Assembly: GCA_963701965.1 (NCBI GenBank)
Contig: OY969695.1
Coordinates: 4,320,001 to 4,384,000 of the forward strand
Origin: an uncultured Gemmatimonadales bacterium
Lineage (GTDB): Bacteria > Gemmatimonadota > Gemmatimonadetes > Gemmatimonadales > Gemmatimonadaceae
DNA length: 64,000 nt
Direction of reading: 5' to 3'
Part shown: positions 39,206 to 49,135 of the stretch, one piece after another
Layout of the letters: every line of letters begins with the position of its first letter
Numbering within the stretch: the first letter of the stretch is position 1
Made by a program: the position numbers and the translations under genes
The notes under the pieces: generated by a model
The model's database searches: none
Told to the model about the DNA's origin: nothing
Seen by the model: only the letters and a program-made list of their open reading frames with translations

Positions 39206-40542
39206 GCCTTGAATCGCTCCGCCGCCTCGACCAGCACGCCCTTCATCGTCGCCAACGCGCCCATGGCCTGTTCGGTCGTGATCACGAGCGGCGGGTTGAT
39301 CCGCACCTCGGGATTGTAGACCATGGCCAGCACGCCGCGCGCCAGCAGCGTATCGAAGATCCACCGGGCCTGATCCTTGGGGAGCAGCTTGCTGGTGCCG
39401 GGCTGCACGAGATCCATGCCGATCATGAGCCCCCGTCCGCGCACGGCGCTCACGATGGGCACGTCGCGCTCCCAGGATTTCATCTCGGCCATCATCGCAT
39501 CGCCCAGGGTCCGGCTGTGCTCGACGAGCCCCTCTTCGAGAATGGTCTCGATGCTGATGCGGGCCGCGGCTGCGGCCAGCGGATTGCCGCCATAGCTCGA
39601 AGAGCTCCCGCTGGGATTGGCCCACGGCTTGGCCCGGGCGACTTCCTCACGCGCAATGACACCCGTCATCGGGAACCCGCCACCGAACCCCTTGCCGATC
39701 GTCATGATGTCCGGCAGCACCCCATCGTGTTCGATGGCGAACATGGTGCCCGTACGCCCGAAACCGGTCAGCATCTCGTCGGCGATCAGCATCGCGCCAA
39801 TGCGATCCGCAAGACTCCGCAACATGCGCAGATAGCCGGGCGGGGGCACGATGTTGCCCGCCGTTCCCTGGATCGGCTCGACGATGATGGCGGCGACGTC
39901 GTTGGACGTCTCCAGCTCGATCTTCTTGCGCAAGAACTCGACGCAGTGCCACTCGCACGACGGAAAGGTCTTGTCGAACGCGCACCGCGCGCATGACGCG
40001 TACGGGGAGCTGTAGGTCCCGGGCATGAGGGGCCCGAGCTGGTGCTTGAAGTTCGAGCCGAGGAGCGGCAGGACGCCCGCGGTCTTCCCGTGGAACCCAC
40101 CCCAGAAGCCGATGAACTCCGTCTTGCCGGTGTACGACTTGGCCAGGCGGAACGCCGACTCCACGGCTTCGGCGCCGCTGCTGTACAGCTGCGTGCGATT
40201 CAGGTCCCCGGGCGTATTCTCGGCGATGAGCCGGACGAGGGCGACCCGGTGCTCCGATGTAAAGCTCCCGACGTGGATCCGGGCCACCTGGCGCTGCATC
40301 GCGGCGACGAATTTCGGGTGGGCATAGCCCAGACTGGCGACGCCGACTCCGGCCAGCAGGTCGGTGTAGCGCTTGCCGTCGACATCGATCAGCACGGCGC
40401 CTTCGCCGCGGTCGATGCACAGCTTGGAGAAGAGCGCCACGCTCTGCGTGCCCGGCGCGAGATAAGCGGATTCCGCATCGAACGCGGCCAGGGACTTGGG
40501 GCCGGCCGCGGTCTCTGGTCTTGGGTCCACAATCAACGTCAC
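39202..40542 (-). CDS. Class III PLP aminotransferase
   Basis: DVDGKRYTDL, SSGAEAVE, GGFHGKT, VEPIQG, IADEMLTGFGRTG, IGKGFGGG, SYGGNPLA. Confidence 0.92.
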   Translation of the reverse strand: MTLIVDPRPETAAGPKSLAAFDAESAYLAPGTQSVALFSKLCIDRGEGAVLIDVDGKRYTDLLAGVGVASLGYAHPKFVAAMQRQVARIHVGSFTSEHRVALVRLIAENTPGDLNRTQLYSSGAEAVESAFRLAKSYTGKTEFIGFWGGFHGKTAGVLPLLGSNFKHQLGPLMPGTYSSPYASCARCAFDKTFPSCEWHCVEFLRKKIELETSNDVAAIIVEPIQGTAGNIVPPPGYLRMLRSLADRIGAMLIADEMLTGFGRTGTMFAIEHDGVLPDIMTIGKGFGGGFPMTGVIAREEVARAKPWANPSGSSSSYGGNPLAAAAARISIETILEEGLVEHSRTLGDAMMAEMKSWERDVPIVSAVRGRGLMIGMDLVQPGTSKLLPKDQARWIFDTLLARGVLAMVYNPEVRINPPLVITTEQAMGALATMKGVLVEAAERFKA

Positions 40543-40546
40543 AGCG

Positions 40547-41386
40547 CTACGTCCTGGGGTGGAAGTGTTCGTGCAAGTAGTCGGCGATCTGGCGCGCCGC
40601 GTCCTCGCGATACGGCGCAAAGCTCGGCCAGTCGTTGAGATCAATCAACACGGGCCGATCCGGTTCCGGAAACGCCACGTCGCCGCCAAACACCGTGAGC
40701 TTGAGCCGCGCCGCGGCGGCGAATGCCAACTCTTGGAGGCGTTGCTCATCGACCGCCGACTTCGGCCCCTTGGGCCCGTGCTCGGCGTCATACCACTGAA
40801 AGAACCGTCCGTCGGCCACGCCATAAAACTTGACGATCGGCCCGGCGACGTGCTCCTGGAGGGCCACGCGGGCAATGCCGCGCGCCGCAAACGCGCGCAG
40901 CGCGTCGCCGATCTCTTCGCGACGCAGGGACACCACGTCCTCGTTCCGCTCGGCGTGCACGTCGCCGCGCTTGACCCAGACGCGCCTGCCGTCGGCGCCG
41001 AAGCCGTCCAGCTCCGCGTCGCCCGTGGTCGGCACGATGGCGGTGCGGGGGAACGCGATCGCATGGTCCGCCAAGAGCGCGACCAGCCGATGCCGGTGGC
41101 AGGCCAGGACGCTGCTCGGCCGATTGACGATGGCCACGCCATCCTTCTCCAGCGGCACCAACCGCTCGGAGGCTGCCGGTCCCTGGCACATGTTGAGCAC
41201 GAGATCGGCGCCGGCAATGAGATCGAGCACGCGGCCGTCGACGATGTCATCCTCGCCCGCCCGGACCGCGCAATACCCGCGCATCTCGAGGTGGGCCACG
41301 GTGGCATCGAGTATCGCCGTGTCGTTCGTCCGATGCTGATTGGGCGAATACGACGCCTGCCGGTACAGCGCAACCACCTGCTTCAC
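40547..41386 (-). CDS. ATP-grasp-fold protein
   Basis: IVNRPSSV, WVKRGD, LQEHVAGPIVKFYGV, FGGDV, LIDLNDWPSF. Confidence 0.7.
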   Translation of the reverse strand: MKQVVALYRQASYSPNQHRTNDTAILDATVAHLEMRGYCAVRAGEDDIVDGRVLDLIAGADLVLNMCQGPAASERLVPLEKDGVAIVNRPSSVLACHRHRLVALLADHAIAFPRTAIVPTTGDAELDGFGADGRRVWVKRGDVHAERNEDVVSLRREEIGDALRAFAARGIARVALQEHVAGPIVKFYGVADGRFFQWYDAEHGPKGPKSAVDEQRLQELAFAAAARLKLTVFGGDVAFPEPDRPVLIDLNDWPSFAPYREDAARQIADYLHEHFHPRT

Positions 41387-42105
41387 GAAACGTGCGCCTC
41401 GTCCGCGAGCAGGGCGTCGGCCGTGTCAATGTCGCGTTTGTGATCGAGGTCGACGATTTGCGCGACCTCGATCGTCGCCACGCGGGCGTTCTGCTCAATG
41501 AGCGCCGCCAAAAAGTAGCGCATACGCGAGCCACCCTCGCGCCACACGCGGATGGCGGCGCCGCGGGCCCGCGGGCCAAAGACATACACGCCGCCCGTGA
41601 CGCAGGGCGGGGTGACCGCCGCCCCGCCGATCCGCAGCGCGTACTCGTCGGCGCCGCGCTCGACCCACAACGGGCGCTCGTCGTCGACGTAGGGCGTCAC
41701 GACGAGAACGGCATCGGCGCCCTCGCCAATGCGGCGCCCGGCCTTCTCGGAGACCCGCTCCCAGTCCCGGGCCGGCATCACCGTGTCCACCATGCTGCAA
41801 AACACCGGACCAGGCGGGATGTGCGCCATCCCCTCGACCAGCGTGTGCAGCGACGACGGCGTCTGGCACGCGATCACGCGCGGCCGTCCGCGCGAAAGCT
41901 GGACGTCGTACTGCATCGTGTGGATGACATCGGGAAACGTCGCGCGGATCATGCACGTCACGGACTCGCAGCCCAGCGCGTCGAACGTCTCGGCCAGGCG
42001 CACGATCTGCGATCGGCCGGCGACGCGTACAGCTGCCTTGGGCGCGACGACACCGTCCGCGGCCAGACGCGAGCCCTCGCCCCCCGCGAGAATCAAGCCG
42101 TGCAC
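41383..42105 (-). CDS. NTP transferase (nucleotidyltransferase)
   Basis: GLILAGGEGSRL...PK, VDT, DDERPLWV, IVDLDHKRDI. GTG at 42105. Confidence 0.85.
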   Translation of the reverse strand: MHGLILAGGEGSRLAADGVVAPKAAVRVAGRSQIVRLAETFDALGCESVTCMIRATFPDVIHTMQYDVQLSRGRPRVIACQTPSSLHTLVEGMAHIPPGPVFCSMVDTVMPARDWERVSEKAGRRIGEGADAVLVVTPYVDDERPLWVERGADEYALRIGGAAVTPPCVTGGVYVFGPRARGAAIRVWREGGSRMRYFLAALIEQNARVATIEVAQIVDLDHKRDIDTADALLADEAHVS

Positions 42106-42791
42106 ACGACCTCGGGGAGCTCGGTGAGCGCGGAGATCCGCGCCGTCGGCGCGCAGTCGGCGGGCGCCACGCAATCGCGCGCGCTGAGCCAACAGGTGGA
42201 GAGCCCCAGCGACCGCGCGGGGCGAATGTCGGCTTCGACATTGTCGCCCACGATCCACGCTTCGGGCGGCTCGACGTCGAGCGCCGCGAGGGTCGCGTGA
42301 AACACCATCGGATCGGGTTTGGCGATACCGATCACCGCCGAGTCGGTGACCGTGTCGAAGTACGATGCGAGCCCGAGCTCGTCGAGACACAACGACAAGT
42401 TGCCCGTGAAGTTCGAGATCACGCCGAGGACAAACCGGTCGGCGAGCGCGCCCAATACCGCGCGATTGCGCCCGACAGTACGCACGGCATCGCCATGAAA
42501 ACGGTCGGCGACTTCGGCAAAGTCCACGTGCCCGGCGTCGGGGACCGTCGCGCGCAGAATCTCCGCTTGCGTTTCGATCATCGCCCGGAATCCGAGCACG
42601 CGAATCGTCGGTACCTGTTCCAGCGCCCGGTCCGACGCGCGAAAAATGCCGTCGAAGTCATCGAAGCCAAGCGCACCGCCCGCCGCACGATACGCGGCGT
42701 GAAAGCGGGTGCTCCACCGGAGACCGTCGGCGTCGAGAGTGCCGCCGAAGTCGAACAGCACGGCACGGATTCCAGTGGTCGCAGGCACCAC
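42093..42791 (-). CDS. HAD-superfamily hydrolase
   Basis: LFDFGGTLD, ISNFTG, KPDP, VGDNVEADI. Confidence 0.92.
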   Translation of the reverse strand: MVPATTGIRAVLFDFGGTLDADGLRWSTRFHAAYRAAGGALGFDDFDGIFRASDRALEQVPTIRVLGFRAMIETQAEILRATVPDAGHVDFAEVADRFHGDAVRTVGRNRAVLGALADRFVLGVISNFTGNLSLCLDELGLASYFDTVTDSAVIGIAKPDPMVFHATLAALDVEPPEAWIVGDNVEADIRPARSLGLSTCWLSARDCVAPADCAPTARISALTELPEVVCTA

Positions 42792-42905
42792 GGTACTGTA
42801 TCGCTCAGGTAACGACGCGGCAAGCGTAAGAGGGTCGAATACGACGGCTGTGACAAAGGTTACGCGATCATGAATCCCGTGACACGCGAACCTATTCCCG
42901 GCGGG

Positions 42906-44543
42906 CTACGGCGAAGGGCAGGTAAGCCCGGGTTCGCCGAGCGAGGCGACGGCCCGATTGAACGGTGTGCCGGCGGCCATGCCGCGCAAGGATGACAGCG
43001 TGGCGCACGCGTCATCGGGCCGGCCGAGCGCGAGGTTGGCTTCGGCCGATCGATACAGCGCCTCGACACTGTCGGCGCGCGTCGCGAGCCGCGGCAAGAG
43101 CGCCGGAATGGCCGCGAGCGCGCGCTCGGCGCTGACCCGGTCCGCCGAGCGCGGATCCGTCCAACTCTCGAGGCGGTCGAGCACGGAGCGCACGGGTTCG
43201 ACGACGGGAGCCGGCGCCACCGCCGGCAATGACGTCTCCGCGCGCGGCATCGCGCGCAGCGGCGTGCCGTGGAACGCCACCTTCGGCGCCGGCGTTGGCT
43301 GAGCGGTGGCGGGCGGCGCGGGAGCGGGCAGCGGCTCGGCCACCGAGCCCGGAGCCGCGGCCACCGTCGTGGTGGTCGGCCTAGCCGCCGCCGCCGCCGG
43401 TATCTCCCGCTGTGCGATGACAACCACGGCAAGCCCCACCGCGGCCGCGGCAAACCCGGCGGCGCCGAACACCAGTCGCCGCGTCGCCGGCGCCAGCCGC
43501 GGCCGGCGCCGCTGCGCGCGCGGCAACGTGACGGGCACATCGACCGGAACGACGGTCGTGGCGACCGGGGGGGTCGTCCAGGCCGCAATGACGGCGTCCA
43601 AGTCGCGGGCGAACGCTCCGGCACTCTGGTAGCGGTCGGCCGGCCGGCGCGCCAGGACGTGGGCAAACACCTCTTCCAGCTCCACCGGCCAGGCGACCGC
43701 CGGAGCGACCGTGTCGAGCGTCAATGGCGGTTCACTCAGCCGGAGCCGCATGACGTCGAGCGCCGACTCGCCATCCACCGGAAGCCGGCTCGTGAGCAAC
43801 ACGAACGCCAGCAGCCCCGCGGCGTACACGTCGCAACGCCAGTCGACGGTGGCCGGCACCAGCTGCTCCGGCGCCATGTAGTGCGGCGTGCCAACGAAGC
43901 AGCCGGTGTCAGTCACTTGTTGCGTGAGGTCGCCGAAGACCTTGGAAAGCCCGAAATCGACGATCTTGACGTCGTCCAGCCCCTCATCGACCGTCGACGG
44001 CCGCACGATCACATTTTCCGGCTTGAGGTCGCAATGCACGATCCCCAGCGCGTGCGCGGCGTCCAATGCCGACGCGATCTGCAGGATGATGCTCGCCACC
44101 CGGCGCGCCCCGAGCGGGCCCTCCCGCACCAGGAGCCGCGCGAGCGGCTCCCCCCGGACATACTCCATGGCCAGATAGACGAGACCGCCCTCCGCCTCGC
44201 CGAAATCGTAGATCTGGGTGACGTGCGGATGATTGATGCGGCTGGCGTTCGTCGCCTCGCGCACGAAGCGCCCCACCGCCTCGGGATCGGTGCGCAGATC
44301 GGCCTTCAGCAACTTGATCGCGCACGGCCGGCCAATGCGCAGGTGCTCGGCCAGATACACCTCGCCCACGCCCCCCGATCCGAGCTTGCGGCCCAGACGG
44401 TAGCGATCGGCGATTACCAGTCCCGCGAGCGCGTCGGCGGCCAGGTCGGGCAGCGAGGCGCCGTCGTGGGCGCAGAATCGCGTACCTTCCTCGTACTTCG
44501 CGCCACAGGCCGGACAGGCGACGGGCAAGACGATCTCGGGCAT
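42906..44543 (-). CDS. Hanks-type Ser/Thr protein kinase with N-terminal Zn ribbon and a TM helix
   Basis: CPACG..FCAHDG, LGSGGVGEVY, AIK, HCDLKPEN, DFG, GTPHYMAPEQ. Confidence 0.92.
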   Translation of the reverse strand: MPEIVLPVACPACGAKYEEGTRFCAHDGASLPDLAADALAGLVIADRYRLGRKLGSGGVGEVYLAEHLRIGRPCAIKLLKADLRTDPEAVGRFVREATNASRINHPHVTQIYDFGEAEGGLVYLAMEYVRGEPLARLLVREGPLGARRVASIILQIASALDAAHALGIVHCDLKPENVIVRPSTVDEGLDDVKIVDFGLSKVFGDLTQQVTDTGCFVGTPHYMAPEQLVPATVDWRCDVYAAGLLAFVLLTSRLPVDGESALDVMRLRLSEPPLTLDTVAPAVAWPVELEEVFAHVLARRPADRYQSAGAFARDLDAVIAAWTTPPVATTVVPVDVPVTLPRAQRRRPRLAPATRRLVFGAAGFAAAAVGLAVVVIAQREIPAAAAARPTTTTVAAAPGSVAEPLPAPAPPATAQPTPAPKVAFHGTPLRAMPRAETSLPAVAPAPVVEPVRSVLDRLESWTDPRSADRVSAERALAAIPALLPRLATRADSVEALYRSAEANLALGRPDDACATLSSLRGMAAGTPFNRAVASLGEPGLTCPSP

Positions 44544-44599
44544 CGGGCTCACCACCCCCAGGTTACCACGCGTCCTCATTCTTTGCACTGCTCATATTC

Positions 44600-45046
44600 A
44601 TGACAGCCCTCTTCCTGCTGTTCTTCGCCGCCGCCGCCGGTGGCGCCCTGGCCGTACAGGTGGCCATGAACACCGAGTTGGGAACCTGGTTGGGTGCTCC
44701 CGCGGCCGCCACACTCGTTTCGTTCGTGGTTGGCGCGCTCGGCTTGATGCTGTATATGGTGGTCGCGCGCGATCAGTGGCCGACCGTTCGAGCGCTCGCC
44801 GGGGTCCCATGGTGGGCGCTGTGCGGTGGCTTCCTGGGCGCGGCCTACGTAATGTCGACGGTCATCCTCACCCCGCGACTTGGCCCCGCCCTCATGCTGA
44901 GCGCCGTGGTCGCCGGCCAAATGATTGTCGCGCTCCTGCTGGAGCATTTCGGCGCCTTGAACATCCCGCGCCAGCCGGTCACACCGGCGCGGGTCGCGGG
45001 TGTAGTGCTGATTGTGGTCGGGGTGCTCGTGCTGCGGCGGCGGTAG
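44600..45046 (+). CDS. DMT-superfamily small transporter (YdcZ-like)
   Basis: AVQVAMN, ATLVSFVVG, PWWALCGG, AGQMI..LLEHFG. Confidence 0.88.
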   Translation: MTALFLLFFAAAAGGALAVQVAMNTELGTWLGAPAAATLVSFVVGALGLMLYMVVARDQWPTVRALAGVPWWALCGGFLGAAYVMSTVILTPRLGPALMLSAVVAGQMIVALLLEHFGALNIPRQPVTPARVAGVVLIVVGVLVLRRR

Positions 45047-46208
45047 GGCGCGGCGACATCGTGATCACCGCCGGACCCCGCCGGAGGGTGATGAGCGCGA
45101 CTTCCGGCGTGGCGCCAATGCGGAACGGCAACCCCCAGTAGCCGGTCCCGGGGTGTATGTAGAGGAGCGATCCGCCCGACTGGTGCGCGCCCATCGCCAG
45201 CGACTGGAACGGACTGGCGAGGCTCCAACCCAATGCCGGGATCGCGAACTGGCCCCAATGCGTGTGACCACTGAGCGTCAGCGCCACGCCTTTGGTCGCC
45301 AAGGCGCCCCACAGTACGGGATTGTGCGCCAGCGCGATCACGACGGTCCCCTCGGGGACCGCGGCCAGCGCCCGTTCAATGTCCGGCGCGGCATCGCCGG
45401 TCCGGCGGCCCGCCGGATCGCCCGTGCCCACAATGGCGATCCGCGCGCCATCGTGCGTCAGGACGTGCGCCTCATTCACCAGCACCGTCGCGGCGACGCG
45501 CGCGCGCAGGGAGCGCGCGACCTCCGCCCATCCGGCGTAGATGTCGTGATTGCCGGGAATCAGATACACGCCCAACGGCGCGGTCAGCGCATCGGTGAGC
45601 ACGGCAAAATACGGAACATCCTCGGCGCGGTCGTCCACCAGGTCGCCCGTGATGGCGACGAGATCCGGCGTCAAATCCATCGCGGTGCGCGCCACCCGGC
45701 TCAAGTATCGGCGCGACGTCTGCGGGCCCACGTGCAGATCGGAGAGCTGCGCAATGCGCAGCCCGGCGAGTGCCGCGGGCAGATCGGGGAGACTGACCGT
45801 GATGTCGCGCACGACGAGCCGCCGGCTGCCGACATAGCCGGTCACCAGCAACACGATCATAACGGCCAGCACTGTCAGCGCACTAATGCGCCCGCCCACG
45901 AGAGGCGCGCCGGCCAACGCACCGACGAGCAATCCGATGATGCCACCGCCCGCGACCAGGGGCAGCAGCAGTTGCGCGTAGAGCACGGGGCGCACGACGA
46001 AGAGGCGGAACGCGGCGCTCGGGTACCGGCGCCAGCCGCGACCCCGAAGAAACGCGATGAGCGGCGCGGTAGTTGCTGCGCCCACCGCCAATACGAGCCA
46101 GATGCCACCCGGTATTACGTCCTTGGCCAACAGTGCGATCGTCGACCAGCAGAGAACGTAGTACGCGGCGGCCCGCAACGTGCGATTTCGGTAGATTGTA
46201 CGCTCCAG
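44979..46208 (-). CDS. Membrane-anchored metallophosphoesterase (YkuE-like)
   Basis: LSDLH, TGDLVD, GNHD, AHNP, SGHTHWGQ, PFRIG..PEV. Start uncertain (CTG 46208 or TTG 46280). Confidence 0.85.
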   Translation of the reverse strand: MERTIYRNRTLRAAAYYVLCWSTIALLAKDVIPGGIWLVLAVGAATTAPLIAFLRGRGWRRYPSAAFRLFVVRPVLYAQLLLPLVAGGGIIGLLVGALAGAPLVGGRISALTVLAVMIVLLVTGYVGSRRLVVRDITVSLPDLPAALAGLRIAQLSDLHVGPQTSRRYLSRVARTAMDLTPDLVAITGDLVDDRAEDVPYFAVLTDALTAPLGVYLIPGNHDIYAGWAEVARSLRARVAATVLVNEAHVLTHDGARIAIVGTGDPAGRRTGDAAPDIERALAAVPEGTVVIALAHNPVLWGALATKGVALTLSGHTHWGQFAIPALGWSLASPFQSLAMGAHQSGGSLLYIHPGTGYWGLPFRIGATPEVALITLRRGPAVITMSPRPTAAAARAPRPQSALHPRPAPV

Positions 46209-46270
46209 GTGTATCGACCCCCAGCAATCGCCCAGCGACGAACTGGGTTCCCTTATTGCCGAGGACGACA

Positions 46271-47251
46271 ATGTCGACACTGGTCATGGAAACGCGCCGC
46301 CTCGGCGATTCCGATCTCCTGATCACGCCGCTCGGGATGGGGGCGTGGGCGATCGGCGGTGGCGGATGGCAATTTGCGTGGGGGCCACAGGATGACGACG
46401 CGTCGATCCACGCCATCAATCGCGCGCTCGACGCGGGCGTGAACTGGATCGACACGGCCGCGGTCTATGGGCTCGGGCATTCCGAGGATGTCGTGGCGCG
46501 AGCATTGACGGGTCGCGCCGAGCGTCCTTACGTGTTCACCAAGTGCGGGCTGGTCTGGGACGACAAAGGCAACACCATGCGCGTCATCAAGCCCGACTCG
46601 ATCCGGCGCGAACTGGAAGCCAGCCTGCGCCGGCTCCAGACCGACACGATTGATCTCTACCAGATTCATTGGCCCCCGGAGAGCGCCGCGCGCAACGCCG
46701 AGATCGACGACGCCATCGCGGCAATGGTGGACGCCAGGGATCAGGGGAAGATCCGCTACATTGGCGTGTCGAACTTCAATGTCGAGCAACTGGAGCGCGG
46801 CCGGCACGCCGGTGCCGTGGCGTCGCTGCAACCGCCCTACTCGCCGATCAACCGGAAGGTCGAGCAGGCGATCCTCCCGTATTGTCTCGACCACCACATC
46901 GGCGTCATCGTCTACTCGCCAATGGCCTCCGGGCTCCTGTCGGGTGCGATGACGCGCGAGCGCATCGAGCGCATGCCGCCGGACGACTGGCGGCGCCGCA
47001 GCAGCGCCTACCGCGAGCCTGATCTGACCCGGAACCTGGCGGTCGCGGATGTCCTGCGGCAGATCGGCGCGCGGTACGAGGCCAGCGCGGGCGAGGTGGC
47101 CATTGCCTGGACGCTCCGTCATCCGGCGGTGACCGGCGCCATCGTCGGCGCCCGAAGTCCCGGGCAAGTCGACGGGTGGATCGGCGCCGCTGCCTTGCGG
47201 CTTACGGATGCGGAAGTCGCCGAGATCAACCAACAGACGGCCGTCAATTGA
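46271..47251 (+). CDS. Aldo/keto reductase
   Basis: GAWAIGG, IDTAAVYG.GHSE, FTKCG, DLYQIHWP, IGVSNF, YSPMASGLL. Confidence 0.95.
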   Translation: MSTLVMETRRLGDSDLLITPLGMGAWAIGGGGWQFAWGPQDDDASIHAINRALDAGVNWIDTAAVYGLGHSEDVVARALTGRAERPYVFTKCGLVWDDKGNTMRVIKPDSIRRELEASLRRLQTDTIDLYQIHWPPESAARNAEIDDAIAAMVDARDQGKIRYIGVSNFNVEQLERGRHAGAVASLQPPYSPINRKVEQAILPYCLDHHIGVIVYSPMASGLLSGAMTRERIERMPPDDWRRRSSAYREPDLTRNLAVADVLRQIGARYEASAGEVAIAWTLRHPAVTGAIVGARSPGQVDGWIGAAALRLTDAEVAEINQQTAVN

Positions 47252-47703
47252 GCACCGCCCTTCTCGTCCTGGCGCTGCTGAGCGGCGGACCACCGCAGCA
47301 CCCGGATCCGGCGCTCTCGCCCAGCGAGGTCGTCGGCATCGTGCTCCGCGCGTTGCAGCACAACGACGACCCGCACCCCAATGCGGGCATCGAGACGACC
47401 TTCGCGTTCACCTCGCCCGCCAACCGCGAGGAGACCGGTCCGCTGGAACGGTTCGCCCTGCTCGTGAAGAACCCCGCCTACCGGACGATGTTGGACTTTC
47501 GCAGCGTCCATCGAGACGCGATCAATGTCGTCGGCATGCGCGCCCGCCAGCGCGTCGTGATCATCGGGCGGAGCGGAGAACGGGCCACGTATATGTTTCT
47601 GCTCTCCAAGCAGCGGGACGAGCCCTATCTCAACTGCTGGATGACGGACGGCGTCATTCGTCAAGAGGATCCCGAACCACCGCCGGGGACGACGGCCACG
47701 TGA
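47248..47703 (+). CDS. Secreted hypothetical protein (DUF4864-like)
   Basis: TTGA overlap; PDPALSPSEVV..LRALQHND, FAFTSPAN, CWMTDGV. Confidence 0.65.
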   Translation: MSTALLVLALLSGGPPQHPDPALSPSEVVGIVLRALQHNDDPHPNAGIETTFAFTSPANREETGPLERFALLVKNPAYRTMLDFRSVHRDAINVVGMRARQRVVIIGRSGERATYMFLLSKQRDEPYLNCWMTDGVIRQEDPEPPPGTTAT

Positions 47704-47761
47704 GTTTCTCACTGTGGGAGCGTTACACGTCCGCGACGCCCACCGGCTACACTAGGCACGA

Positions 47762-49135
47762 ATGATCGTCGCTCCGCAGATCTATCGTGAGTACGATATT
47801 CGCGGGCTGGTCGGCTCGGAGGTCGATGCCGACACGGCCCGCGATATCGGGCGGGCGTTTGCCGTCTATCTCAATGACGCGCGCGCGCGCGGTCCCATCG
47901 TCGTGGGCCGCGACAACCGCCCGAGCGGCACGGCCCTCCGCGATGCCTTCGTCGCCGCCGCCACCGCATCGGGTGTCTCCGTCATCGACATCGGCGTCGT
48001 TACCACGCCCGAGCTCTACTGGGCGTTGGAGCACCTCGACGTGGCCGGCGGCGTGCAGATTACCGCGTCCCACAACCCGGCCCCCTACAATGGGTTCAAG
48101 CTCTGCGTGGGGACGCACGCGCTCTACGGCGACGAGATCCAGGCGCTGAAAGCGATCATCGATCAAGGGCGCACGCGCACGGGAGACGGATCGGTCCGCG
48201 AGGAGTCGATCGACGAGCGCTATCTCGACGACTTGGTGGCGCGCATCGGACCACTCGCGCGTCCGCTCTCCGTCGTCCTCGACTGCGCAAACGGCATCGG
48301 CTCGGCGCTGGGTCCACGCTTGCTGCAGCGACTGGGCGTACGGGTCGTGGACTGCCTGCTCTGCACCAGTGACGGTCGCTTCCCCCACCGGCAACCCGAT
48401 CCCAGCCAGGCCAAGAACCTGGCCGAGTTACAGGCCGCGGTGTGCGCGGGCCGCGTCAATGTCGGGATCGCGCTCAATGGGGATGCCGACCGCATTGGCG
48501 TCGTCGACGAGCATGGCGAGATCGTGTGGGGCGATCGCGTGCTGGCGATCTACGCCCGCAATGTGCTGGCGCGCCCCGGCAACGCGGGCAAGCCCGTGAT
48601 CTTCGACGTGAAATGCTCCGACGCGCTCGCCGAAGCCATCCGGTCGGCCGGTGGTCGACCGGTCATGTGGCAGACGGGGCACTCCTTGATCGAGGCCAAG
48701 ATGCGGGAGCTGTCCGCGCCGCTCGCCGGTGAGCTGTCCGGCCATATGTACATCGCCGACGGTTACTATGGCTTCAATGACGCGATGTACGCCGCCGGTC
48801 GACTCCTGTCGATCATTGCCGCGTCGGGGAAGACCGTGACCCAGCTGCTCGAGGGGGTTCCCGTCTACCCGTCGACTCCGGAGATCCGGATCGACTGCCC
48901 GGACAATGTGAAATTCGATATCGTCCAGCGGGCCATCGCGCACTGGAAGGCCGATCACACCGTCATCGACGTGGACGGGGCGCGCGTGCAGTTCAACGGC
49001 GGCTGGGGACTCATTCGCGCCTCCAACACCCAGCCCGCGCTCGTGCTGCGATTCGAAGCGCGCACCACGGACGAGTTAACCGCGATCCAGAGCGAGATGT
49101 CGGAGTGGTTGCGCGCCCAGGGAGTGACGCTCTGA
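47762..49135 (+). CDS. Phosphomannomutase/phosphoglucomutase
   Basis: REYDIRG, TASHNP (phospho-Ser), NGDADR, GELSGH, RASNTQP. Confidence 0.92.
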   Translation: MIVAPQIYREYDIRGLVGSEVDADTARDIGRAFAVYLNDARARGPIVVGRDNRPSGTALRDAFVAAATASGVSVIDIGVVTTPELYWALEHLDVAGGVQITASHNPAPYNGFKLCVGTHALYGDEIQALKAIIDQGRTRTGDGSVREESIDERYLDDLVARIGPLARPLSVVLDCANGIGSALGPRLLQRLGVRVVDCLLCTSDGRFPHRQPDPSQAKNLAELQAAVCAGRVNVGIALNGDADRIGVVDEHGEIVWGDRVLAIYARNVLARPGNAGKPVIFDVKCSDALAEAIRSAGGRPVMWQTGHSLIEAKMRELSAPLAGELSGHMYIADGYYGFNDAMYAAGRLLSIIAASGKTVTQLLEGVPVYPSTPEIRIDCPDNVKFDIVQRAIAHWKADHTVIDVDGARVQFNGGWGLIRASNTQPALVLRFEARTTDELTAIQSEMSEWLRAQGVTL

